Positions 25,630 through 37,431 of a stretch of DNA of 64,000 bases are shown one piece after another. How positions within the stretch are numbered: the stretch's first letter is position 1; each line of letters starts with the position of its first letter. The DNA is from Haliotis rubra (taxonomy: Eukaryota): assembly GCF_003918875.1 (NCBI RefSeq), contig NW_025767657.1, positions 1,364,001 through 1,428,000 of the forward strand, in the 5' to 3' direction. The position numbers were made by a program, and so were the translations under genes. The notes beneath the pieces are model-generated. The model saw only the letters and a program-made list of their open reading frames with translations. It did not search any database and had not been told where the DNA came from.

Positions 25630-26955
25630 AATTTTGCCCTTTCTAGCAGAAGCAATCGCATATTCTCAAACTAAAGCATACCAATATTTCCTTTTTTTGA
25701 AGCTACAACTAAATTACTGGCTACACAAACTCATATTATTCCATCCTCAATCTCTTACTCTGCTGTCGTTTCTGCGTCAAAATCCAAAGTTAACAGTCCA
25801 TATCTTCAATTGATAGTGATGTCAACAACTTGTCATCAGCTGCATCACAGACTGAGATTCACCCTGAACCTCCGACTTCGCCTGAACCAGAAACTGAAAT
25901 TGGGACAGTACAAAAATCACACAAAATCTGTAAAACTGACAAGTACGGAAAGAAAACAATTAAAATAGAAAGAATTATAATCCCTCAAACATGTTGAGGG
26001 GCATTCCCCATTAACATCCTCCATAGAGGTTCATAACAACTTGAACCTTTGGACAAGGAAGTCAATACATCTCCGTCGTCCATTCAACGGAGAGGATCTA
26101 CACCAAGATCCCGATCTCCAGTTAAACCTCCATGAGCTGTTCTTTTAATATTCTTCAGTGGAATTGTAGAGGATTAAGAAACCATGTTAATGATTTGCAA
26201 CGTTTAATTTAAAACCATCAGCATTATGTTTGCAGGAAACCTACCTCAAATCCACAGATAATTTTTTATTTAAGGCGATATGATTCCTACAATTGTTTTT
26301 CACCTCCAGGTGATATCATGGAACTATCCACAGCGTTGTTCCTCTCAATACCCCTCTTCAGGCAGTTGCGGTTCGTGTTACTCTCCATATTGTTGTCGCC
26401 TTGTGTTCACTGTACATTCCGCCATCATCGTCTCTGCAGCAGTCTGACCTTCAGATGCTTTATGACCAACTCCCCAAACCTTGCATTATCATGGGAGATT
26501 TTAATGGTCATAACCCGCTTTTGGGCAGTAGTAACACCAACACAAAAGGAAAGATTCTCGAGGATTTCTTCACAAGTACCGGTTTATGTATTTTTAATGA
26601 TAGTTCTAGCACATATCTTCATCCTGCAACTGGTTCATACTCCTCTCTGGACTTATCTGTTGCGGATTCAAGTTTATACAATGAATTTGAATGGTCAGTC
26701 CACGATGACCTTTATGGAAGTGACCATTTTCCCACTATTCTATCACCCATAAAGCCAAGTGATGCCGCCCCATCGTCAAGGTGGAACTTTAACAAGGCAG
26801 ATTGGTCTTTATTTGAGACTTTATGCAATAACAGATTAAAACCCGAATTCCTTCCAAATGTGTTTGATCCTATTCAGGTGTTTTCTGATGAATTAAATAT
26901 GATTGCTGATGATTGTATTCCAAAGTCCTCTATGGTTCCACACATCCGTAAGCCA
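25630..26955 (+). mobile_element. 5' part of an I-group LINE: ORF1 end + APE endonuclease
   Basis: NISFFEA (ORF1 tail); ILQWNCRGL, CLQET, CSLYIPP, MGDFNGH, SSLDLS, GSDHFP, RWNFNKADW. Confidence 0.93.
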
Positions 26956-28443
26956 ACGGTATGTCCATATACCGTTTGATCCAATAATGTCACGATTGCA
27001 ACAAACTCATCATCTTCTTAAGAAAATAGTGAGCAAATTTCATAGATGGGTTTCCAACACCATATATCTCGCGCAGACTGATGTAATTGAATATTGACAT
27101 CTGGAAAGTGACAAAGAAAAACACTTTAAAATATGTATTTAGCTATGTTTTGGTTTCTACAAGTTTTAAAAAGACATAAGTTATGCTTTTTACCAATTCA
27201 ATTGCGGTACTTTTGTTTTCTATCACTGAAAAATGGGTGTACGGTATTACATGCACTATATTTATTGTGAATGAAAATGATCCTGTAATATCGTACACCT
27301 TATTTTACACTGATTCTGAGAATATTTGTATGGTGGTGTTATGTTTTTTTAATGTTTATAAAGCTTAAGACATAATGAATCTGATTTCATATTTGTAAAC
27401 ATGATGCGTATTTCAAACATACCGCGATTGGATGTTGAAGTAGGTTGTTCCTAGGCAGCGTGGTTGGGCTTTCCGTGCAGAGATTGGAAGAGGAGCGCTT
27501 ATGCGCAGGTTCACCCACAGATAACCAATCACATCGTTGATAACAAAGGCGATAACATACGGGTCTCAGTCTTAAAATATACCGCGGGTTTCCCAAATTA
27601 CAAAACCATTGCTTTACGAACAGACAACAGACACACAATTTGTTATTCGAATTATTATTCAACTGTACGGAATTAGGCGCCTGTACGGTATTTGCCACCC
27701 CGACTCTATACTTCAAATGCAGTTGTGACAAATGCATCGCTGAATTCCTCATACATTTTAGAATCAACTTACAAATGGTCTTTGTCACTAAAACCAAGTG
27801 GTTACAAAAAAACGAAACAGGATGTGAAAACGGAACGTTGTGATCATAACAGTATTTTTTTAGAATATGCACGGAAAGAGTATCGTAGCAAGAACTAGAA
27901 AAGTAAAAACAGATACAATACTGTAATTTGATATTTTCACACGAAAGCTCTGTGCAGCGTGACGCCATGCCAGACGCAAAATCATGGAGAACGACATAGG
28001 CAATTGGCATTTCTTGCTTTTTCAATGAAAACAATAAAAACATATAACCATAAGCAGATAGTCAGAAAGTTTCTGATTACATACATCATACATTTATGGA
28101 CTAAGGTTCCCTCGTAAAATCGCGGGCCACGAAGCCGCAATTTTAATGAGTAATCGCTCATCGGTAGTGATGTCATACGTCAACATTGTTGTACATATGT
28201 GGCAATTTCTTTGAGGCGAAATCGGTTGAATAAGAGTAAACAATCACACTGTCCTGCGAACTATACTTTCAGTATTAATGTATAATTTGCGTATAGGACT
28301 TCCAGTTCGATGGTAATGGCGACAGGTCGCTAATTTTCACCGCTTCTGCAATATACCCCAATCTTCGCTGAACACAATGCCCAACGGTCGCAGGGCCACA
28401 CGTCTGGGTAAGCAGGACAATAAACAATCACTCTACGGGAAAA

Positions 28444-29190
28444 ATGGACATCTATCTTGTGAAGACGAAAGCAAACGAGACAAATACCAACGAAAATGTC
28501 GAGGAAGAAACGGACATGAAAAGTTTCATTCAGAACGCTCCAAAGGCTCAAACTCAAGAGCTAACACAGAAAATGGATGAAATAAATACAGAACTAATGA
28601 AAATACGAGACGTGACAGATGTCGAAATGAATACAGAAAACATTGCTGACAACATACAAGAAATTGAGAAAGTGCGACAAAAATTTTCAGCCTTCCGAAA
28701 GGAAATGGAAGATAAACTGTTGACGCAAGAAATGTACACGAGAAAACAGAATTTGCTCGTATACGGGATTCCCGACGCTCAGGACCGAGAGGATGCATGT
28801 CCCAAATTAGTTGCTGACATTGGCGCCAAAAGTGACATACACGTGGTGGCCATTCACCGCCTGCCAAGGTCTAGTACAAATGAGCATACACAAAAGACTC
28901 TTCTAAGCCTATTGTGATCAAGTTTCTTCGAATGGAGGACAAACAATAGGAGTGGCAGGCACATTTCGCCAAATCGGCGTTACTGCGACAGCGAAAAATC
29001 TCTATTCGCACAGACTTACCGGTAGTTTTGAAGAAATGCAGAGGGAAACTGGCCGCGAGAGCATACACCCTGCGACAGGAATACCGTGTCTAAACGAGGA
29101 TATATGAGAAGGGCATCGATGTGATTCTGGAATGTAGGAACTTGACTTCAGCTTGGCAAGCGATCAAACTCGGAGAAACACCACTTTTCT
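28444..29190 (+). pseudogene. LINE ORF1-like protein relic (coiled coil + RRM; L1/CR1/L2-type)
   Basis: Heptad-rich N-terminus, EMYTRKQNLLVYGIPD, AIHRL, then PIVIKF...ISIRTDLP after a frameshift. Confidence 0.75.
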
Positions 29191-29275
29191 GAACTTACCG
29201 AAGAATGTGACTGGAATTGTTGACAGTGATTTTTTTGAGTGATCTATATCAAAACTGCAGGTATTACTTACCAAC

Positions 29276-29774
29276 TAGGGCTGGGACGGGTAATCGGGTA
29301 CTCGAATCCGGGTCGGGTACACCTGGAATCGAGTCCTATTTCTAGGAATCGAGTACCCGGAAAGGGAGAGAACTCTGTAATAACAAGGGCAGATAATAAC
29401 TTGTCTTTCATAATTGACGTAACACACATTTACATCATTGGTATTGTCCGATTAATGAAGGTTATCATTAACGACTGTAATTTATCTAAGCATGAGCGGC
29501 GGGAACGAAAGATTCTGTGTTTTAACGAGGAATGTAAGTAATGCTGTTACTCTTTATGTTGGTTAAATAGACGTAAATTAAATAGCCTAAGATCTGTTTT
29601 AATGTCTTATTGCAATCCTTTCAAGTTTCTATAATAATCTCTGTCAACTCGTGATTGAATATTCAGACAGTTGACAGAAGCGCTGTATTCCTTACATTTC
29701 CGGGTACTCGATTCCGATTCGGGTAAGCACATGCGGGTACTCGATTCCATTTTTTCCTACCCGTCCCAGCCCTA
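29276..29774. mobile_element. hAT-type MITE
   Basis: TIR TAGGGCTGGGACGGGTA / TACCCGTCCCAGCCCTA, exact 8-bp TSD TTACCAAC, subterminal CGGGTACTCGA repeats. Confidence 0.95.
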
Positions 29775-30311
29775 TTACCAACCTTTTTTCTCTGAATGAA
29801 TATATATCATAAACGTAAGTATATTACCTACTTCCTTTAATTGTACTATATGCAATGTGTTGACTGTCATTCTTTGAGTGGATGTAACCACCACAAACCC
29901 AAGTATTTAGATCTACCTACCTATTGTGATTTTTTGAGCGGGTGTATATATTACCAACGCAAGTATTTTCTTTAATTGTTGCTTTTTAGAATGATAGTCG
30001 ACAAAAAAGGAATGAAAGCCCGTGAAGCATTTTGATGTGTCTAATAGTGAGCATGTTGATTTGTTGGGTTATAGCTAAAACGGCACCACAGCACCAAATC
30101 TGTTTGGAGAAAACGGCTACTGATTTCTGAGCTGAAACGGCACCATATGTTGTAATAGGCGCCCTCTAGTAGGCAGCCCAATGACGGGAGTTCAGTGTAG
30201 AGTGTACCTCGGTGTTTCCCTGACTTTGCGTTGTGTACTGTTATTAAATGATGGAAAGCTTTAAAAAAAAATAGCGGAACAGTGTACAGTCTTCTTCGGT
30301 TAAGTGGCATT

Positions 30312-32114
30312 TGTCAACTCTTTCTGCAAAATATGACACAAGGCAGAAATGTAGATATTAATAATTTATTATGTTAAATAAAAATAAGGAAAACAAGCAA
30401 AACAAATGATAACAAAAAATAAACAAAAGTAGCTCTCTTTCACTCATTAAAAAAACCTATTCCCTACACTAATTCCTAAGTTCTACATAACCTACTTAAT
30501 TCTTAACGCTAGTTTCTCCCCCAACCCACACTACCTACATATTATACCCGAGAAAATAAACTATGTCATAATCTATTTCTTTTCCTCCCCGACTACAGTA
30601 TAAAACTACTTCAACAGTACGAGTCTTAAAAGATAAACCAACCCTAACGAGCCGTAGGGAACATCCCCAATAGGCAGTGGACTTACTTGCTCGGAACACC
30701 TACCAAGACAACGATATCGGTCGCATCCGGCTCTTATATACCCCGTGAGCTAACCACCGAAAGGTCACGACGAAGTGTTATGATTGGCTACGCAACAGGC
30801 AACAACTGCACTGCGGCACTGCGCACCCAACATGGCGGACAGCGAAGGGATACGACAGATACCCAGCTATATTACATGACCGACGAAGGAAATTCCAACG
30901 GAATTTTACTGCCAAACATGAATAATAAGTAGAATAAATGACTACAAGATAACGACGTCAATACAGTACTTGCAAAATAGTCGGAAACGTCATTATAAGC
31001 CACCCAACCTATTTGTTTACATTAGCAAAACCACGTGTATAAAAAGCCACCCAACCTGCCGATAAAAAAATATAAACAACCCATAACACTATACTATTCC
31101 ACCAAACAACCCATTTCTAAAGTATAAATTATCCGATCTCCTACATTCCTCCCCTCTTAGATTAAAATTATTTTCCCAAAATAATTTTATCCCCAGGTTT
31201 CGGTATAAAAAAATAACAAAACCAATCTTTCTTCCAGGTAATGTCGCTCATTCACGTTGTGATGACATAGCTTCATTCATCTCTATCTCCTCATCCTGTC
31301 GTTCCTCCAGAGACCGGCGGCGTGATGGAAGGGAATGCCTGCGTTCCTTCTCCAGTTGCCTGAGGGGGGGGGGATCCTTCCTGGCGACAAAGGAGCTGGT
31401 GGAGAAGAAGAATCAAGGTCGAAGTGAGTGACCTGGGCAGAAGACGCTGCTGGCGGACAGCCAGCAGGCACGAGGCAGCAGCACATGGCCTGGATCTATG
31501 AAACGCTCGTTCTGAACCTGAACTCCTCCATCCAGGCTTTCTTATGACGTTTAAAGTGCCGGCGACAGGAAGACTTCTTCCTGAACAAGGCACCACAACC
31601 AGTGCACTTGCGCCGCCGGACCTGTTCCTTATGGGCCTCTAGCCAGTGGTCCAGAAGGTCCCAATACTTTTTGTAGAATATCCCCGTTCCCAAGCAGGCG
31701 AGGACTTGGCACTGCATACCCATCTTTGGAAACACACCTTGATCATCCTCTAACTCATTTAACTTCTGCGGTGCAACAGTAAGATCTCATACATACATTC
31801 TCAAATCCAATTATAAAACGGAAACTGAATAAAAATGCAACTGAAGGCAAACAAAGAAATGAAGCAAAGCAAAATGCGAGCGAGCGAAAAAAAAATGCCT
31901 TCCCTACGGTGATATTCCCCAATGCCCCTTTTCCAAGACTCACTTATTAAAAAATATTTCAATACAACCTGATATATATAAAAAAAAAAACGCCACTTAA
32001 AACTTGCAAACCACACTTCTATAGACTCATGGAGAAAATACACATCTTGGGTTCACAGCTCTACCAACTCACAGGAGACTTCGACTTTCGACACAATTCC
32101 CCTCCTCCCCCATT
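30312..32114 (-). mobile_element. 3' LTR-like segment (~1.8 kb) with polypurine tract and an internal zinc-finger ORF
   Basis: Minus strand: PPT ATGGGGAGGAGGGGAAT then TGTGTCGA (32095), CCAAT (~30785), TATATAAG (~30733-30740), donor CAA|GTAAGT (30686), AATAAA (~30365-30370), end GTTGACA (30312). Confidence 0.65.
31400..31765 (-). pseudogene. Two-C2H2 zinc-finger small ORF within the LTR-like segment (frameshifted)
   Basis: CQVLAC...LLDHWLEAH and KCTGCGALFRKKSSCRRHFKRH. The frame is open from a splice acceptor at 31766 and continues as VQNERFIDPGHVLLPR after a 1-nt shift. Confidence 0.6.
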
Positions 32115-32209
32115 AAAAAAAGGCTCAGAATCGTCCTTAGATTCTGATGCTACCTGATGACACCTCTCAGCTGGTATCCACAGAACTATCTAACCAGTTG
32201 TGCGGTATA

Positions 32210-34505
32210 GTTGAGTTTAGTTGGGCTTTGCGTCACATCGCCTTTATTCCAGCCATATAGTGACGAGAACAAGTCTGCATTAATAAACATTGTAGGTACA
32301 GAGTCAAAATGAGTTTTATTTCAAAAGCATATATTCATTACATTGTCATTTAAAAACAGAAAAAGTCATAGCACTAAATTTAAAGGCAGGCATTTGTTAG
32401 TCACATTACACAGTTACAATTTATGATACAGATCAACTTCCCTCATGTACTTCACTATCAGATGAGCGCTCACGCGGGAGAACAGATCTTTCACATTTGT
32501 TGCATCATAATGTGAGTCCCTTCTAGACGATAAGTTCACACAGTCAAGCAGAATATGCTTGATGGTGAAAACCTCACCACAAGAGACACACATGGGGGGG
32601 GGTCCATCCCCATCCGTTTTCAGCAGATAGTCATGAGTAAACCGACTGTGGCCAATACGACATCGTCGTAAAATTACCTCATCACGTCTTGACTGACAAC
32701 CTTTTGCTGCAGCGTCGGCTTTTGTGTTACCTGCTATGCCCACGTGACCCGGCAACCAGCAGAGGACGATGTCACATTGGCCAGGAGAGAGGTCGTTGTA
32801 AAGTTCTAAAATGTCCAGAATGATGGGGTGACTTGAAGTAACATTTTGAAGTGCTTGAAGGCAAAATAATGAATCTGTGAAAACGATGAAGTTTCTAGAA
32901 TGATTCTGCTGTTTAATATAGGTCAAAGCCGAAAAGATAGCTTTGGCCTCGGCAGTGAAAATGGAACTGTTGTCGGGAATCCAGTCTTGGATCCAATGAC
33001 TGTAGAACTGGCAACTTGGCCCTCATCCTTGGATCCGTCTGTGAAAATGGATCTATGGGTGTCATACTTGAAACGTAACTGGTTGAAACGTAACTGGTTG
33101 TATTCCTGCTGGAACACCAAAGGATTTGTTTCGGACTTTTTTAGTTTAGTGAGGGTAAGATCGACCTGTGGTTTCACCATCTGCCAGGGTGGTGATGACA
33201 TGAGTGCTATGATATTGAGATCAATTTTAGCTGCAGATATGTGTGGTTGAATTCTGATTCCAAGTGGTGGAAGGCTTGGTAGTTTAGGAAACAGGTTTTC
33301 ATAGAGAGGGTTGAAAACACAATTGTATGCTGGATTGGACTGTTTTGAACGTAATTTAGTGATATATTGCAGTGAAATTTAATGCAGCTTTGTTCAAGGT
33401 AAGGTTCGGTAGCCTATGCATATAGACTGTCTACCAGCGAGGTCCTAAAAGCTCCCAGGCAGAGCCTCAGGCCTTGGTGGTGGATAGAATCTATTTTTTC
33501 TAAATTGCTAATCTAGTTAAGAGCGAACCAAAGATCTGTACAAGCGAAGGAGAATAGTCTGATCCTCTCCCCACTCTGTATTTGAAACGACTTTTAGTAA
33601 GTCCAGAGCCTTCAAGCACTTGGTTTTCAAATATTTTATGTGTGGTAAGAATGTCAGGTGACGGTCGAATATGAGTCCCAGGAATTTAGCCTCTTCTACT
33701 CCCTTGATGGGAGTACCATCTAAAGATAGGTCTGGAACCTTGTGTGGTTTATTTACGACAAAAGTGAATACACTTTGTTTTGGAGTTTGAAAACTTAAAG
33801 CCATTTTCATTGGCCCATTTTTGGATTTTGTTAAGGCAGAGTTGTAGTTGTCTTTCTATTGCATGCATGTTCTTACCACGACATGAAATATTGAAATCGT
33901 CCAGGAAAAGGGACCCATCAACACAACTGTTCAAGACGTTAGCGAGGCTGTTAATTTTTATGCTAAAAAGGGTGACAGACAGGGTGCTGCCTTGAGGGAC
34001 GCTCTGTTCTTGGTGGAAATAATCAGACAGTGTGGAACCTACCCGTACTTGAAATTGTCTGTTGTTTAAAAACTGAGATATGAACCGAGGTAATCTGCCC
34101 CTCAATCCAAATTCATGTAAATCTTTTAAGATACCATGTTTCCACGTTGTATCGTATGCTTCGTAAGTCGAAAAAGATGGATACAGTATGTTGTTTGTTG
34201 ACAATGGAATTTTTTATAAAAGATTCCAGATGGTCAATGGTACTTCGGGTTTTTTTCGGAAACCACATTGGTCTCCAAGTACCAGATTAATCGATTGTTG
34301 AGCGTGCGCTCCATGGTTTTACAAACACAGCTAGTGATATAGGACGGTAGTTTGATCCCGGCCAGGTTTTGGTATAGGGATGATAATGGCATCGTGCCAC
34401 GAAGGAGGAAAGTTGCCGGTTGTCCAAATGTCATCAAATATATTGAGTAGTGTTTCCAAAATTCAATCAGGGAGGTGTTTGAGGAGCTGATAATGAACGT
34501 AACCA
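32210..34505 (-). mobile_element. 5'-truncated RNase H-containing LINE (RT, RNase H, CCHC-like end, 3' tail)
   Basis: CVCKTMER, AYDTTW, SVPQGSTLS, LFLDDF, KFLGLIFD, IFTDGSK, WLPGHVGIAGN, CVSC...HILLDC. 3' tail TTCTCGTCACTATATGGCTGGAAT...AACTAAACTC. Confidence 0.95.
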
Positions 34506-35040
34506 AAAAGTGGAAATAAAAAAACCGAATAAATAAATAATTTCATTATCAACATTTAGTAAAACTGACAAAATTCACAAACATGATTTATTTATTTCAT
34601 GAAATGTATATGGACACATTTTTAAAGGAATTGTTTTGTTCATTGAATTTGTTTATGTTGTTCTATCGACAAGTTATAGGCGTATAATCGTTGGCCAGGT
34701 GCGCGTTTGTTACAAATGTTTCACTATCAATTCCGTGAACAAAACATAACAAAGATAGTATGTCCTTACCCACAGCAAATTCTCTCCAAGTGATCTGAGT
34801 TACAATGACTTTGTGTTAAGCATAGCGGAGTGATGCCCCCTTATCTTTATAAGCGTATGACCTTTTTACAGTCATTGACGTCATAGAGGAAAATCCATTT
34901 TCAACACATATTGCGAGTCGTTTTTTGACATTGAGTGTATGCGTTATACATAAGTACACAAACCAATTTCATATATACTTATATCGTTTAGATATCAGAT
35001 AGTATTTTGTTTGTTCACACTTCCCGAAAGATGCCAAATT

Positions 35041-36173
35041 AACAAGAAAAAATTGTGTCCAGGGACGCGGATGCCCCCGCTGACATTCATAAGACATATA
35101 AAGATCAATAATTGAACAAAATTCACGAACAAGTATAAGCTTAATCAATTCTGTTGAGCAGTTTTTGTGGAGAAGTTTATGCCCTATTTCACTATCATCA
35201 GAGAGAAATTTAATAAAATATATTTAAGTTCAAATGTCTCTAAACATAAAAAACCCCTATAAAATACAAAAACGAAATATGAGATGCACACCTTTAGAGT
35301 CTCTATTAAAGACATATGTAAGCTAAATGAGTTTTGTGCAGTTGTTTTTGAGAAGAGGTGGATAGAGTACACCCCCTGTTGTATGGGACGAACAGGATGA
35401 ATAGAACCAAATTCAACTAAGTTCAAACATCTGTAGAAGTGACAAAATTAAGAAATTGGATGAACAAGGTATGAGATGCACACCTTTAGAGTCCAAATAA
35501 AACACACGTAGAAGCTCAATCAATTCTGTTGAGCAGCTTTTGTGGAGAAGTGGATAGACTTCATCCCCTATAACACTATATTCAGAGAGAAATTCAACAA
35601 AATTTATGTAAGTTCAAACGGCATTAAAATTGGAAAAATAAATAAAATACAAAATCAAAATATGAGATGCACGCCTTTAGAGTCCCTATAAAGCACATGT
35701 GTAATCTAAATGAATTCCATAAAGTAGTTTTTGAGTAGAAGTGGATAACGTACACCCCCTGTTGGATGGAACGAACAGGCTGAATAGAACAAAATTCAAC
35801 TAAGTTCAAACATCTGTAAAAGAGACAAAATTAAGAAATTGCATAACAAATTATGACATGCACACCTTTAGAGTCCCTACAAAAGACATGTAGAAGTTCA
35901 TTCAATTCTGTTGAGCAGTTTGTGTGGAGAAGTGGATAGACTATCATCAGAGAGAAATTCAGCAAAATGTACCTGAGTTCAAATGTCTCTAAACTTACAA
36001 AAAAAAAAGAATAAAATACAAAAACAAAATATGAGATGCACACCATTAGAGTCCCAAGAAAGCCCATGTATAAGTTCATTGAATTCCACAGAGCGTTTTT
36101 TGTGGAGAAGTGGATAGAGTACATTCCCTGTTTCGTAAGGACGGACACGGAGGGTAACCCTATATGCATAAAA
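35041..36173. repeat. Degenerate ~190-bp tandem array inside a probable Helentron/HINE (pearl-like) element
   Basis: GA(G/C)ATGCACACCTTTAGAGTC-like motif at ~35281, 35473, 35663, 35855 and 36032. Starts AACAAGA...GGATGCCCCCG and ends GACGGACACGG...CATAAAA. Classification is from recalled pattern only. Confidence 0.65.
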
Positions 36174-37431
36174 ATATAGTAGCACAGTAAAAAGCGGAGG
36201 AATTTACTATTTTGAACGGATAACAAAATTCGGGATGACATATAGCAGTGTCTATTTTTCACTTGAGTTTACACTATGGGATAGGCAAAGTACTGTCGGA
36301 AATAGAAAAAAACTTTTTTGGGCTGTTACTCTGTATCCCTAAAATTTACACAATTGCAAATAGCATATGTTGAAATAACCCACATCGGCCTAACTGGGCG
36401 TTCAGTGGGATGCGTAATAGGATATCCAGAAAAGCATGTTTACTCGTAAAATCGGGCAAAACTTAGAAAAAATACGAATAGCTGCTTAAAACAATAGATC
36501 AGACTATAGATGACAATTAGGTCGCTCGGCCAGGTATGATGACGGACCGTTCTACATTTCTGCGTAATTTTATAGCTGTAGGTAGATCCAGTGCTGCGCA
36601 AACGAAATTCAACGTTAACTTTTCGGAAGTTAATGACGCTCTAATGATACCCCCAGAACCTTCATTAATGACGCGCTAAGACAACACGACGCCATTAAAA
36701 CCTTAGTACAACAGAATTTTAATGACACATTACATAATGAAAGTTTAATGGCACGTTAATGCTTCATTAAATTCGATACAACCGGGTCCTGAAAAACAAG
36801 AAAGAAACAAATATAGCGACACACAAAGTACGGAATATCAGCATTTTGTGCAAACCAAACCCTTGAAGATCCGAGTTAGAATTGGTCTTCAGTAACCCAT
36901 TCTTGTAAGAGGCAACTAACGGAATCGGGTGGTCAGGCTCGCTGACTTGGTTGACACATGTCTTCAGTTCCCAATTGCGCAGATTGATGTTAATGTTGTA
37001 GCTCACTGGATTGTCTGGTCCAGACTCGATTATTTACAGACCGCCTCCATATGGCTGTAATATAACTGAGTACGGCGTAAAACTAAACTCACTCACTCAC
37101 TCATTGTGCAAACCACGTGTTATTCCTCGGTGTTATCAGTACTGCACCAGCAACCCGGATGTCATAGTGCCTGCAAGACGGTACAGGTGCAACGTTGCAC
37201 TGGAAGTCCATTGGTTGTAGCAGTGAGCACTGTCTACAACCCCTTAACTATATTTCCATTTATAGCCGCATGCCAGGTCGTATAATCTCGAGACATGTTT
37301 GTCTTATCTGACACAATGTTATAGTAAGTGTGTACGTGTGTGCAGGTCATGCTTGAGAACTGACAGACTGCATCCGGTATATACATATGATATAACCAGC
37401 TAGGTTGGTGTTAGTTCAAGAAGGGTACACA

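Noticed and set aside
27387-28043. 218-aa ORF
   Set aside because: No motifs or splice support, and random-looking composition.
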